A stretch of 59,656 nucleotides of DNA, filler included, from Sanchytrium tribonematis (taxonomy: Eukaryota): the NCBI GenBank assembly GCA_018985235.1. It is 5 parts of 5 records of this genome, joined end to end, with 100 filler letters (N's around TTAATTAATTAA, not from the genome) between each part and the next. Parts side by side here need not be neighbours in the genome. Positions count along the whole stretch, not along the records: positions 6,961 to 38,812 come from JADGIG010000047.1; 4 more parts are not named here. One strand, 5' to 3'. How positions within the stretch are numbered: the stretch's first letter is position 1; each line of letters starts with the position of its first letter. Below the pieces are notes generated by a model. It saw only the letters and a program-made list of their open reading frames with translations. It was not told the DNA's origin and ran no database searches. Below, piece after piece: positions 23,231 through 36,427 of the stretch. Both the position numbers and the translations under genes were made by a program.

Positions 23231-24995
23231 TCAAGGCCTCGACGATGATGATTTTTGAGATGCCAAGGATTCCTGAGAATTATTGGTATATAAAAGCTTG
23301 GCCTTTCTGGCAGTAAGTTCGTCTAATTTCCGCTTGCATCGTTTCTCTAAAATCGGAATTTCATCAATATCTATAATATCTTTTCCAAAAATTTGCTTTT
23401 CATAGTCAATTACGATATCCACGACATCGGAGTGAATTAATGGATAGAGTCCCACAATCTTTTCATGTATTCCACTTTCTCCGCTTATTAGAATTTTCTG
23501 TTTGGTGAGATTTCTATCCTTAACAAAAATTTCAGAAACAATGTCTTTTGATGGTTTGCGGCTGTTTATATATGCCGACTCCGCAACATAGCCAGATTCC
23601 AGTCGAGAGCTAGCTGAACTGTGTTTTGAAAGCCTCGATCTTGTCGAAGCGGAATCAATTTTATCACTTTTTTCAGGAGAAATTAAAGGACTAAGAGTTT
23701 CCATTTTTGGCGAAACCAATGCCTCTGAATGGCTTAACATTTGGGTCTGAATGGGCGCTGGACTTATAACAACTGTGCTGCTATTCGTATGTTCAGAATT
23801 TGATGATCTCGTACTTTTTATATCAACAATTTCAATATATTTTTGTAAAGGAGTCTTAGCCTGAGGATTGTTTAAATACAACTCTGGTTTCATTACTTCT
23901 AGAAAAAAAGCTAGATAAATATAATATACATGGAAACCTGTGGTCATACCTCCAGGCTTTTAGAGCTAATAAAACTGTATTCATAACACTCTCAGATACA
24001 ATGCCCAATTTACCATAATCAGATTCGTGGAACTGGAGCAACGTATCGAATCTGTCAATACTTTTAAGCAATTCGATGTCGCTTGGGTGCTCTTGCAAAT
24101 CCGATGATCCTAAAAAAACCCAGTCTATCCATGATTTTAATACAGGTACATCCTTTTCAACTAAAAACTTCCGCCCTATACTTAGACAGTCCCCATGATA
24201 TATATTGTGAAGATTCGACTTTCCAACTTTTACTCCATTTACAAAGGTGCCATTTGTACTTCCATCTTCGACCAAAATCTCATATTTACCACCGGCTTGC
24301 CGTCTTCGTCGTATTCTACAATGGAAGTGCGAGACCTCTTGAAGTTTAATAACATGATCAGCACTGGGGTTTCTACCTATTTGAAAATCGTCTCTAAAAA
24401 CAAATATTTTATCAAAGGTTCCTTGAACGACGGGAGTCAAAGTACACCAAACTTTCTTCTTCCCTTTTTTGCTAGAATCTCCTCCTATTTTTTTCAAAAT
24501 AGAGTCTTTAAATCTAGACATAGAGCTCGAGCTTCTAGGTCTTCGATCGTTATCAGTGATAGGCTCCGTAAAGCTTCTCGATCTGTTTGTCCCTTGGCTT
24601 TCAAAGCTAATACCACTTTGTTGACTTTGGCGACTCTGCTGGCTTTGAAGTGAATGATTCGATGCCGTTGTGTTGTTAGATTCTGAGCTTGTCTTATCTT
24701 GAAGTTCAATACCATTAGGGTTTTTCAAAAATTCCTCAATGGCATACTTAATAGGGTAACATGGGCCCAATGAATTGAGATCCAATTCTTTATGACAGAC
24801 CGGACATTGCCGCTTGACTTGTGGTTGATCTGGATCATAATCACCTTTCAACCACTTCACTATGCTGGATTTATCAAACATATGCCCACATTTTGATATT
24901 TGTGGTTCTTTCATTATTTCCATACTTATAGGACAGATGAACATCTCTGGTATTGCTTGCTGAAATGTTACTGGTGACGGATTTGAAATGGACAT
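23231..24995 (-). CDS. U-box/RING + FHA domain protein; exons 24995-23930 and 23910-23231
   Basis: FICPISMEIMKEP..CGHMF...CPVC; FHA IGR..SHFH..STNGT; ORFs joined by intron removal. Confidence 0.85.
23911..23929 (-). other. 19-nt intron GTATATTATATTTATCTAG
   Basis: GT-AG; joins the 379-aa and 238-aa ORFs in frame (RFPSFFLEVMK). Confidence 0.82.
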
Positions 24996-25211
24996 GAAAA
25001 GAGTGGCTTGTAATTACAAAATTCGATGTGTGTCAAGTTAAGAAGATATAGATAACACCCGCTGCATTTTAAGGTGATAAATTTGAAGGCCTCATTCTAG
25101 GATGAAAATTAATTTAGGCAAGCAAAACAAGGGACTTTGGTGAAGCAATCGCCAATCAACTGAGTTCTCGATAGTTTTTTATGATGTGGACAATCCATAA
25201 CTCAGTAATTA

Positions 25212-27434
25212 ATGTCTCAGAAAACTTTTAATGAAAAAATATTGGAACTCAAGAGAAGGAAATCGCAAGTAGCTGTTTCAGAGGATGATTTCCAATTGAC
25301 GAATAAAATATCCCAACGATCTTTGGTCACTTTGGTGGATCAAAACTCCATGATTAGTAGCTCCACAATCTCTTCTCTGGACGAAGAGTTTATAGCCACT
25401 GAGGATCGTAGTTGTAAAACTGAGGAAAAATCAGCCATTTTACAAGTTATCGATAGTTATCTCGAAGAAATTGAATTAGAACTAAGCGCTATTTACAGTG
25501 AAAGTCAAAGCGAGAATTCTCACGATTCTCCTATCAAAGCGCCGGAAAATAGGCTAACAAACGAATTCTCCATTGTTACCAAGGGCGAGGGATACGTGAT
25601 CAATACCACAGAAATAAAGGTTCCAAAAGCAGATCTTGTATCCATGGTAAAATATACTAGTTACGATCAATTGCAGAGTCAACTAAATTACCCATATCCG
25701 AATTCAGTCAATTACGAACGTTTTTCTCACCAATCAGGCGAGTTATCCCTAATAAGTAATTCTGAGTTTGAAGAAGTTCCAATATCGAAGGCTGGTAGTC
25801 CAAGATACATGAGCTCAACTTCTAGATATTTCGAAACGGAAGAGGATGAGACTGATAGCCATAGAGATTCTAATTCTTCAGCACAAGATATTTTTCCGAA
25901 TACAAAGCCAAAACGCGCAACATTGGAGGATTCAAGCAATTTCTCTCATCAACTTTTAGAAAATCCAACCAGATTTTTAATGAAGAAGAAAAACAATAGT
26001 CGATATCCAAATTGGATGATTATAATCGGCGTATTTATGCTATTATTTTGCATTATATTGGCAATCCTTGTTCCAATTTTGAATTATAAAAAGTCTTGCT
26101 ATAACAATTTGGATCGATGTCGAGACGATTTTTTGGCAAAATGTAAGTCGCAGCTCTCATGTTCACCTGACTCGGTATTGGCAGCAACAATGGAGGGATG
26201 TCGATGTATTAAGGTGACTTGTTCGTGTCTTGATTCTAATTGCTCAACAAAATTTGTAGATCCTTCCATAATTAACAACAATACAAATGTAAAGCAACTA
26301 TCTAGTTCGATAGAATTCCTAGATTGGGGTTGCTCAAGTCAGGCAAAATTATTTAATTTAAAATCCGATTTTGAAAAGTCAGTTCTTGCATTTTATTCCT
26401 CAATATCACCTAATATGACACTAATATCAAGCCTTTCGTCTAAATTGATAACAAATACCAATGAAACATTGATTTTTGATGATTTTAAAATTGATTTTGT
26501 TAAAAAAACAATTAATTTTCAAGGTAATAGCAATGAAAGCACAAGCAATAGGTTTAATTTCGCACTTGAACCTCTAATGACGAGCGTCTACTCAAAAGCC
26601 ATCAAGTTGTCTGAATTAAAAAGCAATTCCTTACTAATCTTGTTCCAGGATCTGGGTTTAAATAGCGAGATATTAAGTAATTTCAAGTACAACTTTCTAC
26701 AGAGCAATATTCTATTATCCGTAAATCCAAATGAAATGCTGAGTCAAACAACAACTATGGCTGAGTATCTCACCACAGATCCAATTTTGCACCCATCCTG
26801 CATTTCGGACAAAAGCGTTTTTACCAATTTAAGCCCTTTTTTTCCAGACTTCAAATTTGAAGACTGCAATTTGAGACCACATTTCGGAACTTTCAATTGG
26901 AAAAGAATCAGAAGTGGAGATGTCCAAGGGTCCTTAAAGCAGCTAGGCATGTTTGTGTCGTCATCCAGATTTAGATCGGTTGTAACCACTGTCGATCCTA
27001 ATGATCCAGAAAAAAATAGCCAAAATACCATCGGATTTGTGGATCACATGGATCATGTTATCTTTGATTTCTTTGTAGGTTTAAAGAAAGAGGATGCTAT
27101 AGCATTGATAAAATTTGTTTTGGAAGGTGATCCAGGAGAGATGTTCGATAATTCCTTGCCAAAATTCTTATACACATTAATATTTGATAATTTGAAACCA
27201 GCAGATGCTGATGCTTACGCAGTTTCACTTACTACAGATGGTGCACCTAATTCGTCTCTTTTAATATCCAGCAGTTCATTAATTCAAGCTCGAAATAGTT
27301 TGAAAAATATCAGCAAACCACTAATTCTTACATATAAGAATGAATCTGCTATTGATTCTCCAAAATTTGACGGAATCTGGCAAAATCTCAAACAAAATTC
27401 ACCAGAAAATGTTTGGGCAAAAATAAATAATTAA
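25212..27434 (+). CDS. Type II single-pass membrane protein, Cys-rich lumenal region
   Basis: 740-aa ORF; acidic/Ser N-terminus, TM WMIIIGVFMLLFCIILAILVPIL, Cys cluster. Confidence 0.7.
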   Translation: MSQKTFNEKILELKRRKSQVAVSEDDFQLTNKISQRSLVTLVDQNSMISSSTISSLDEEFIATEDRSCKTEEKSAILQVIDSYLEEIELELSAIYSESQSENSHDSPIKAPENRLTNEFSIVTKGEGYVINTTEIKVPKADLVSMVKYTSYDQLQSQLNYPYPNSVNYERFSHQSGELSLISNSEFEEVPISKAGSPRYMSSTSRYFETEEDETDSHRDSNSSAQDIFPNTKPKRATLEDSSNFSHQLLENPTRFLMKKKNNSRYPNWMIIIGVFMLLFCIILAILVPILNYKKSCYNNLDRCRDDFLAKCKSQLSCSPDSVLAATMEGCRCIKVTCSCLDSNCSTKFVDPSIINNNTNVKQLSSSIEFLDWGCSSQAKLFNLKSDFEKSVLAFYSSISPNMTLISSLSSKLITNTNETLIFDDFKIDFVKKTINFQGNSNESTSNRFNFALEPLMTSVYSKAIKLSELKSNSLLILFQDLGLNSEILSNFKYNFLQSNILLSVNPNEMLSQTTTMAEYLTTDPILHPSCISDKSVFTNLSPFFPDFKFEDCNLRPHFGTFNWKRIRSGDVQGSLKQLGMFVSSSRFRSVVTTVDPNDPEKNSQNTIGFVDHMDHVIFDFFVGLKKEDAIALIKFVLEGDPGEMFDNSLPKFLYTLIFDNLKPADADAYAVSLTTDGAPNSSLLISSSSLIQARNSLKNISKPLILTYKNESAIDSPKFDGIWQNLKQNSPENVWAKINN

Positions 27435-27474
27435 ATGATTTATTTTGTGTGGAGGGAATTTTTGTTTTTGAAAA

Positions 27475-28398
27475 TTAAACTTTTTGAATACTTTTCTTCG
27501 TGAATCCACTTGTTTGACTTACTGACGAGATAGATGAAGCTGTTGATATTCTTCTACGATTTCTCAATGAAGGAATGATGGTATTCACGCACCCAGAACA
27601 CGACAATGATAGAATGCAGAGCAAACCCACAAAACTTAACCAGAGAGACGCCCCAGTAGTAACCTTAACATCGTCCCATATATTTGGACTCGTATCAACA
27701 TAACTCTGGAGTCTAACAATGACAAATGCCCACATAATCAAGACAATAATAGCTGCTATGGAAGCCAGGGTCGCCAGAACAGTTGCCGCAAAATTGATGA
27801 TTTTTGCATTGTTAAAAATCCCTAAAGCAAACAAAACTGTTGCAAAAACAGTTGTGAAAAATATCCAATAGTACATTGACTCGATAGCGATGAAAAAGGA
27901 ACCAGACTTATCAAACATTGCACTATTGAACATATTGGTGGTCAAGGTAGTGTCAATTATCTGACCAACCGATACTAACGTTTTTTGACTTTTCAATGCA
28001 ATTTTGGGATGCACGCACTGAACTATTTGATTCGTTTCATAAACTGAATCTCTCTCGTCAATTTCGTATGCCGGTATATTCTGTGAATCCCAAAGCCTGT
28101 AAAAAGATGAGTCTCTTCCAAATTTGTAAGCAAACATACACCAGTTTCTTAATGAAAATGTGATTTGATTCGGAGGTACTTCAAGGGATTGAACACTATC
28201 AAGCGGATTCACATTAAATAAATTTGAATTACTCCACATAGTCAAAGGATCCATCATAGTCGATTCGAATGACCTACACAGTTTTACAAAGTACCAATTT
28301 CGAATGCCCGGAAGATTTACACCTCCCATTATCGTCAACATCCATATTATAATCGCGACAGTTCCTAGCACAACATTGATAATTGACATGGCTTTCAT
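27475..28398 (-). CDS. SUR7/PalI-like tetraspan membrane protein
   Basis: One N-terminal TM, loop with FSLRNWC, three C-terminal TMs, GASLWL. Confidence 0.65.
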   Translation of the reverse strand: MKAMSIINVVLGTVAIIIWMLTIMGGVNLPGIRNWYFVKLCRSFESTMMDPLTMWSNSNLFNVNPLDSVQSLEVPPNQITFSLRNWCMFAYKFGRDSSFYRLWDSQNIPAYEIDERDSVYETNQIVQCVHPKIALKSQKTLVSVGQIIDTTLTTNMFNSAMFDKSGSFFIAIESMYYWIFFTTVFATVLFALGIFNNAKIINFAATVLATLASIAAIIVLIMWAFVIVRLQSYVDTSPNIWDDVKVTTGASLWLSFVGLLCILSLSCSGCVNTIIPSLRNRRRISTASSISSVSQTSGFTKKSIQKV

Positions 28399-28572
28399 TA
28401 TAATATTGACGACAAGAGAATGCTTGTCTAGATAATTGATTCAAGGGGTTTGTAGTCAGACGTGATTGGAGGTGTAACCAAATTTCTGTAACACAAATTG
28501 GACACTAATTGTTTCACTCAGTTACACCAATTTCCGGTGCCAACATTGTAGAAATAGATACCCCTGTAATCC

Positions 28573-29019
28573 ATGTTCTTCTCTTTGCTATCGATCCACA
28601 GTTACAATCCCGGAAACAGCTACAATCAGCAGCGATCTCCTGGTTATTCCTACAGTGCTTCTCCCGGTGAATATAGCTATAGTGGCCAACAATCGTATTT
28701 TTCATCTGGTAATAAATATGGTCGAGCAAGACCATCGACTTCTGGGTATGTTGGATACAATTCAAATCCCTCGTATTTAAACCCACCACGATTTGATACT
28801 CCAAAGGGATTCGAGAATGTAGAACCAACTAAAACCGTTAACAAACCGGATGCGACCTCAAATGATAGCGAACCTTTTGAAGATGATTCTTCAGTTGAGA
28901 CCGAATCCAGTGAGACTGAGACTGAGATTGTTTTTATCAAAAAAGCCACCAAAGGGAAAAATTCGGGCGCTTCAATCTATAGTTTCTGCGGTGCAATTTT
29001 AATTTCTTTCTTTTTATAA
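28573..29019 (+). CDS. Small secreted, probably GPI-anchored protein
   Basis: Hydrophobic N-terminus, S/Y/G-rich then acidic, C-terminal NSGA + hydrophobic tail. Confidence 0.65.
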   Translation: MFFSLLSIHSYNPGNSYNQQRSPGYSYSASPGEYSYSGQQSYFSSGNKYGRARPSTSGYVGYNSNPSYLNPPRFDTPKGFENVEPTKTVNKPDATSNDSEPFEDDSSVETESSETETEIVFIKKATKGKNSGASIYSFCGAILISFFL

Positions 29020-29089
29020 TAAAAACATTTTAAATTTGGAATTTTGGCCTCAGAAATTTCTATCAAAAATTCGTGGCTTAACATTTTGT

Positions 29090-30848
29090 ATGTCTTCCAC
29101 AGATTCTAAACTTCCATTGCTTCCAGGTAACAAAAGAATTGGGCCATACATACTAGGAAAAACATTAGGCATTGGCTCAACAGGTCGCGTTAAATTAGGC
29201 ATTCATCATAGAACAAAAGCAAAGGTAGCGATAAAAATAGTCCCAAAATATCCTTCAAAGAAAGGAAAGTCAGACCAATCTGCTTATTTTAAAAAATTAG
29301 AACGCGAGATTACAATTATGAAATTAATTAGACACGATAATATTATGACTTTGCATGATGTTTACGAAACTAAGGATGAATTATTTTTGGTAATGGAATT
29401 GGTTGAAGGCGGTGAATTATTTGATTATCTGGTTAAGAAAGGTAGGCTTGGAGAAGATGAAGCCCGAAAATTTTTTCAACAGATGCTACTTGGACTTGAT
29501 TTCTGCCATCGACATTTAATATGCCACCGGGACCTAAAACCAGAGAATCTTTTATTAGATGCTGAAAAAAATATTAAGATAGCAGATTTCGGAATGGCAA
29601 GATTTCAACACAATGGGAAAATGCTTGAAACAAGTTGTGGGTCGCCACATTATGCATCTCCTGAAATAATCAAAGGAATAAAGTACGATGGGCCTGCAAG
29701 CGATATATGGTCCAGCGGAGTTATATTATATGCTTTGCTCTCAGGTTCACTGCCGTTTGATGACGACAATATCCGCCGCCTTTTAGCAAAGGTGAAAGCT
29801 GGAATATACCAGCTACCAGAACATGCATCTTTGGAAGCTCAAGATTTGATACAAAGAATGTTGGTCATTGAGCCAAAAAGACGTATCACTATTGAGGAAA
29901 TATTTAGCCATCCGTGGTTCACAGCAAATGGGAAGGAATTAATTGCAAGAACCCAGATACCCAAAGAAATCCAAGAAGTTGAACCAGTTGATGAAATCGA
30001 TTCCGAAATTGTTAAGAATCTATGCTTTCTGGGGTGGGAAGAATTTGAGTTGATTGAATATTTGCAAAGTCCAGATAAAAACATAGAAAAAATATTTTAC
30101 ACACTGCTTAACGAACGGAAGAAACACCCATTCTATCAAATGGGTTCTGATGATGATTTAGAGTCCGCAGTTGATGATGCATCTCCAAGAAGAAGAATCA
30201 CAAATCAAGGCGATGTTTTCAATGCATTACGAAGAAGGAGCGACGTACACAATAGTTCTCCAGATATTTCTAATTCATCTTTGCCAACAAGCTCATCCAA
30301 CAATGTCGATTTGTCGAAATCAAATCCGCATAAACATAGACTTAATATACAAATTCCAACTACCTCGGAGCCAAATATTGCCCAAAACCCATCAACGCCA
30401 TTTCACAGAGAACACATAGATGCAGCTCAATATCCTGGAACTCCGATTATAACAGAGACACCGAAGAAGACCTGGGTTCCAGATATGTTTACTTTTAACA
30501 AAGATCTGCCAACAGTATTAATTATTGACGTAGATTTTCGCTGTGACTTCTAGTGGCGGACCCGACGATGTGATTAAAAAAGTTAAATCAATATTGAATA
30601 ACATGGGCTGTAAAACCCAGCCTGGTAGAAAGCATGGATTGAAGTGCAAGCAAGATTCGGATATTAAATTTAAAGATGATCCTAAGCCTCTCAAATTTAG
30701 AGTTGAAATAAGCTCGCGCCCACCTAGAGAGACTGATATGCAAATAGATCAGTTATACATCACATTTCAATTACAAAGCGGATACCTTGAACAATTCAAA
30801 CAACTAAATGATCATTTTACAGAAGTTTGGAATGTAAATAAACAATAG
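29090..30848 (+). CDS. Gin4/Hsl1/BRSK-type kinase with KA1-like tail; exons 29090-30514 and 30534-30848
   Basis: GKTLGIGSTGRVKLG, LETSCGSPHYASPE; C-terminal LKFRVEI...ITFQLQSG. Confidence 0.9.
30515..30533 (+). other. 19-nt intron GTATTAATTATTGACGTAG
   Basis: GT-AG, TTGAC branch; links the kinase to its KA1-like ORF. Confidence 0.88.
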
Positions 30849-30984
30849 ATTTCTTGTCATTCTTGACCTGGTGATATCTCTGCTTGCCTGAAAGAAATTC
30901 GCGTTTCGGTATTTTGTTTCACTTTCTGATTGGGCAAAGCTCAAGTTATGGAGAATCATCAATTCTAGAACATCGCATATTAGA

Positions 30985-31137
30985 ATGTCTTCTCATAAAT
31001 CTTTGAGAGTCAAACTTCATCTCGCAAAGAAAGCTAAGCAAAATAGACCTTTACCATATCTAGCAAGAACAAAATTGGGAATGCGCTACAACAACAAGCG
31101 AAGAAATTGGAGACGTACTAAGACTAAGATCAATTAA
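30985..31137 (+). CDS. RPL39: 60S ribosomal protein L39 (eL39), absent from the ORF track
   Basis: [50 protein letters not shown]. Confidence 0.93.
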   Translation: MSSHKSLRVKLHLAKKAKQNRPLPYLARTKLGMRYNNKRRNWRRTKTKIN

Positions 31138-31229
31138 TAAATGCATCGCCATGTTCTATAATCCTCTATCATTTGCTTTCTCTGAATCTATGATGTTTAA
31201 TCTACTTGAGGATTTTTCAAAACGTCCCC

Positions 31230-31720
31230 ATGACCCTAAAAGCATATCTTGATCAATTAATTCCATATAAAGCACAGCGTTGGACCACATTTGGACTGTT
31301 GATTACATTATTCCTAATCAGAGTGTTCCATTACCATTTATTCTACATCTATTTGTATGCATTAATGATATATATTTTGCAACTTTTCCTTTTATTCTTA
31401 AGCCCGAAATTTTTATCAGAACCTGACGAAACGCTCCCGATAACCTCAAATGATGATGAATTTAAACCTTTTGTTCGCAAATTACCAGAATTTCAATTTT
31501 GGATTCGAATTACAAGTGGTACTCTGTTGTGTAATTTATTGATAATTTAGGCTGCATTATATCGCTATTCCCAGGCTTGGATGTTCCAGTTTATTGGCCA
31601 ATTTTGGTTGTTTATTTTTTCCTTCTATTATTTTTAACATTGAGAAAGCAAGTTCAACATATGATTCAATATCGATATGTCCCTTATACAATAGGCAAAA
31701 AGAAATACAATACGAAATAA
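31230..31720 (+). CDS. RER1: Rer1 Golgi-ER retrieval receptor; exons 31230-31530 and 31551-31720
   Basis: EFKPFVRKLPEFQFW; spliced exon gives LDVPVYWPILVVYF...HMIQYRYVPYTIGKKKY. Confidence 0.93.
31531..31550 (+). other. 20-nt intron GTAATTTATTGATAATTTAG
   Basis: Removal restores the conserved Rer1 C-terminus. Confidence 0.92.
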
Positions 31721-31741
31721 TAAAAATGAATCACAATATAT

Positions 31742-34700
31742 TTATTCCAAAGTAATTTGACCACGAGCCAAGCCCTCCAATTGTTCCGGATGGGTGGAAC
31801 TGTCAACCAATTGTCGAAACACACCATCTTTCTTGTCCAATAATGCGGCCGGACTGCCATATTCAACGACACATCCTGCATCCATCACAAGCACTCTGTC
31901 ACTATCAATAATAGTGTCCAATCTGTGGGCAATCGTGACCACAGTCTTATCGGCAAACATCTCTCGGATGACTTTTTGAATATGTCTGTCAGATTTAGCG
32001 TCGATTCTGGAGGTTGCTTCATCCAAAACTACGATTCTACACTCAGACAATACAGCTCTTGCAATACAAAGCAACTGCTTTTCGCCCGCACTTAATTGGT
32101 TAGTCAAGATTGTATCCAATTTTTCAGGAAACGCTTTTATCTTCTCAGTCAAATTCATCTTATCAAGAACTCTCCATAAATCTTGCTCCGTAAATTCGTT
32201 CAAAGGATCCAAGTTGTATCTCAAGGAAGTTGTAAATGTGACTGGTTCTTGAGGAATGATAGCAATGCTACTTCTTAAAACTTTCAAGGGAAGTTTGTCG
32301 CATTGAAATTCATCCAATGAAATGTGTCCTCGAAATCCATCAACGATTCTGAATAAACTAGAAATAATGGTGCTCTTTCCTGCACCTGTTCGTCCCACAA
32401 CACCCACCTTTTCACCAGGTTTAACATCAAAACTCACGCCTTTTAATATAGGATCCCCATTTTCTTCATATTTCAGCCAAAAGTCATCATATATAATTTT
32501 GCCTGTAAATTTTGGAGCCAAAGATTTGTCTTCGGCGGTGTCAATTTCCTCCACGGCATTGTCCCTAATGAACATATGAGATTGGCCCGCTTGTAATCCC
32601 AACAAACCATCACTGAAGGCTTTAACAGTCCATTGTAGAAAAACCAGTAGTTGAAGTGCATTCGACAAAGCAAGTCCAAGGTTAGAAGGATCGGTTTGAA
32701 ACAAAAAAGCGAAACAGGTGGCACCAAAAATGTATAGTGACACCCAAATATCAACGTAAAAACCACGGAAGCATTCTAATAAACCCAAAGCTAGTGCATA
32801 TTGATGGTTTCCATCCATTATACGATACAAAGTATGAGTAAATTGAGTGGAAGATCTGAAAATTCTGACACAAGCAATACCGTCAACAGTGACGTTCAAA
32901 TGGGTGTAGATTTCAGGGCGGGTGCCCAATTCCTTACTTAATAACGTATCATAAAGATTCTTTGTAAAATATTGGACGCTCAGGGCAAGTACGATCGCTG
33001 CAATAGACAATGTCCAAGTCCAAGGAATAAAAGCAATTGTCATACCCAAACCTCCTAAAGAAAGAGGCAGAAATTGCAAAACTTTAAAAAAGCTTTCAGG
33101 CATTTCGTCGTCCAATGCATATATGTCTTTGGAAAATGCTCCGATGGTAATTCCGATTGGATTGACCTCAAAATATTTCATCCTGGACTTAAATATAGTA
33201 TCAATACTAGTTTTGTGGATAGACTTTGCACGGCTACTCGAAAATCTTGAAAACACATAACCTCTTGAGAAAACAAATATTCCAAAGGCGGCCATAAAGA
33301 TCAAATAGTATAATGCATACTCATTTGAGGAGAGACCTGGAATCGCTTTCTTACCCCAGACTCGAACCCAGTAATCACTTCCCAAACGGATTCCATGAGT
33401 AAAGAAAAACAAAAATACCATTGCGGCAAAAGAGAGCCTGATTTTCTTATTCCCTAAATAAAATCCAACCGCTTCTCCACTCTTGATTTTCAACTCATCT
33501 TTATCTTCTTGAGGAACAAGAACTTGGTCATCTCCTTCTTCTTCGTCTTCACCGTGACTCGTAAGTTGACTCTTTAACGATCTCCAGGTTTGCGAAGGAT
33601 AGTTATAACTTCCACCAGTCGACCTCATTGCCAAAGATGACCTTGTGGTCAGTTGTATACTTCTAGAAGTGTTTCCACTATGCGCGTACTTTGCATAATC
33701 TGGCACCTCCAAATCATTTTCAGGACCTTCATATTCAAATTGCATACCCGAATGTTCTTTATAAAATTGTTGGAAAGCAGGGTGCTTCGTTGCTTCATTG
33801 GTGACACCATGACACGCAATTTTACCATCTTTCATTAAAATGACATAGTCAACGTTATTGACCTGTTGCAAGTTATTTGTAACGAGCAATACAGTCCTTT
33901 TCTTTAGAAACTTCTTCACACACTCGTCAAATATATGCTTACCTACTTTTTGATCCAAAGCGCTGAGAGGATCGTCTAGAAGGATCAAGTCACTATTAGC
34001 GTATACAGATCTTGCCAAGCTAACTCGCTGCCTTTGACCTCCAGATAAATTTGCTCCACCTTCATGTACGAACTAAATAAATATGAATCTACCATATTTT
34101 CGCCCTCTGCAAACATTTCCAAATCAGTTTTAAGTCCACACGAATGGATGACTTGCTCAAGACGCTTTGCACTAAACGGAGCACCAAGTAAAATATTTTT
34201 CTTGATGGTTTCCTTCAAAAGCCAAGCCTCTTGAGGACATAAACTGACGGATGAGGTTACATTTCTGGTACCAGATACTTTTTTCATTTCACCAGAAATT
34301 GCGTTTAATAAACTCGACTTTCCCGATCCCACATCTCCAACAATAGCCACTAGAGTTCCATGTTTAATTTTTAAATCTTCAATTTTTAATTTGAAGGACT
34401 TCTCTTTGTTCCAAGTAAACTCTGCCTCTTTAATATCAATATCGAATTCTTGATGAGTTTCAGCACTTTCTGGCGCATCAATTTCATCATATGCTAAAAA
34501 TCGCTCGATATTTTCCATTCCTTTTATAGCACCAACAAAATCGGTGATTGCATTAGGTAGAAGCAGAAGTGGGTACCTTAATGAATTGAATAAATTCAAG
34601 CAAGTAAAAGAAACAATCGGACTAATAGTTCCACCAAGTAGCTGAAAAGTCCAGAGTGTGATCCAAACAGTGAAAACTGGGAATACAAACACAGCCGTAT

Positions 34701-35556
34701 AATTGCATGCTCTCAGGATCATTTTTTTCAACATCAAGTCTTCTTCACCTTTTCTGTCTTTTTCGATGTCATTCTGGAAATGATTTTCCCAAACATAAAA
34801 CTTAATCAACTTCATCACAGGAAGAACTTCCACTACTTTCTGAACTCTGTTCAATGTCAAAGAAGTTACTTTGTCAATAGTTTTAGCTACAACTGCACCA
34901 ATCCAGCCATTAATAGGTAAGAAAATGAGCAACATTCCGATTGCTGGCAATACCGCAACACCAACAAGTGAGCTTCCCAAAGCAAAGATCGCAATGACTT
35001 CAAAGGGAGCTGTCCATAACACATGAAAACTTTGGACACCTTGAGCTACGCTAGGAATATCAGTTGCAACAATTGTGACTGTGTCTGTAATAGGTTCACT
35101 AGCCAAAGTTTTGAGTAGCTTTGAGTATACCAAGCTAGTCAAAGCTGCCTTAACTCTAACCGAATGCTTAAATGATAAGTAATTCATGTAGTGAATAGCA
35201 AATGTAGCACCTAGACAACAGATTAACATAAGTGCAGCCCATGTATAGGATGTTATCCCATACTGTTCAACTCCAGACCCAGCATTTAACAGTCCTAGAA
35301 AAACCCAATACGTTGCTGTCCAAGTGAATAAACCCCAAATAATTTTAAGAAATCCGAAAAGCAATAGCTGCTTACCATTATACTTCAATAACCAATTCAA
35401 CAATGCTTTTTTTCCAGGAGTAAATGAGTACACAGGTGCGCTGGCTGAAGTTGACAAGACTTCTTGTGGAAGCCTTAACCTTGCGTTAGGATTTTTCATA
35501 AGTCGAAAAACCTGACCGAAGAGCCATTTCGAGGTTATTGAAATAGCCTTAACCAT
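31742..35556 (-). CDS. ABCC/MRP full-size ABC transporter; exons 35556-34093 and 34072-31742
   Basis: Two TMDs; Walker A GDVGSGKSS and GRTGAGKST; splicing restores EGGANLSGGQRQRVSLAR; start codon uncertain. Confidence 0.92.
34073..34092 (-). other. 20-nt intron GTAGATTCATATTTATTTAG
   Basis: Removal puts the LSGGQ signature in frame with NBD1. Confidence 0.92.
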
Positions 35557-35897
35557 CAAAAGACTCAAGTAGAAGATTATCGATGGAAATGCAGCTATTT
35601 ATACTTTTATCAGCCAATCATAAATCTTAATACCAAAAGGAGATTGATTGCTGTTGATTGGACGACGCTCTGATAAGCCAATCATGGGAATTCAATTTAC
35701 TTTTTCTGGGTAAATCATAGACATCAATTGGCTCTTGACTAATTTTTTTGGATTGCCAAGACACGATTACCTTGCTTTTGTTTGAAAGTAAATTTTTGGA
35801 AACAAATCACCTACTCCTCATATTTTTTATCTTTTTCATTCGGCTATTGGACAGTCCTCGTGATCTTTTATATCCATAACAAATACCTCCTTCAATC

Positions 35898-36365
35898 ATG
35901 TCCGATCACGAATTCGAAGCCGTAGACAGTGGTGCATCAAAGACCTACCCAATGCAAGCTAGTGCCTTGCGAAAGAATGGCTTTGTTGTAATTAAAGGTA
36001 GACCTTGTAAAATTGTCGATATGTCTACTTCTAAAACTGGAAAGCATGGGCATGCTAAAATTCATATGGTTGCTGTTGATATTTTCACTGGAAAAAAATA
36101 CGAAGATATCACTCCTTCTACTGCTAATATGGATGTTCCTCATGTATCCAGAAGTGAGTATACTTTGATTGATATCGATACTGATGATGGATTTTTATCA
36201 CTAATGGAAGCCAATGGTGACACCAAGGATGATATCAAGTTGCCAACTGACGATTTGGGTAAGACATTACAGGCTGATTTTGACAATGGAAAGGAAATAT
36301 TGGTAACAGTTGTTGCTTCAATGGGTGAAGAAGCTGTTGTCTCTTACAAAGAAGCACCAAAATAA
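35898..36365 (+). CDS. eIF5A: Translation factor eIF5A
   Basis: Hypusine motif [12 protein letters not shown]. Confidence 0.98.
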   Translation: MSDHEFEAVDSGASKTYPMQASALRKNGFVVIKGRPCKIVDMSTSKTGKHGHAKIHMVAVDIFTGKKYEDITPSTANMDVPHVSRSEYTLIDIDTDDGFLSLMEANGDTKDDIKLPTDDLGKTLQADFDNGKEILVTVVASMGEEAVVSYKEAPK

Positions 36366-36427
36366 TAAATTAGATGCACATTTTATTCAAGACTTGTACT
36401 TTTATTTGAAACAAGGTAAATCCCTTG

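Noticed and set aside
35595..35685. Upstream ATG and 39-nt intron extending the ABCC N-terminus
   Set aside because: The 3' end does not match the consensus, and ATG 35556 already gives a plausible N-terminus.
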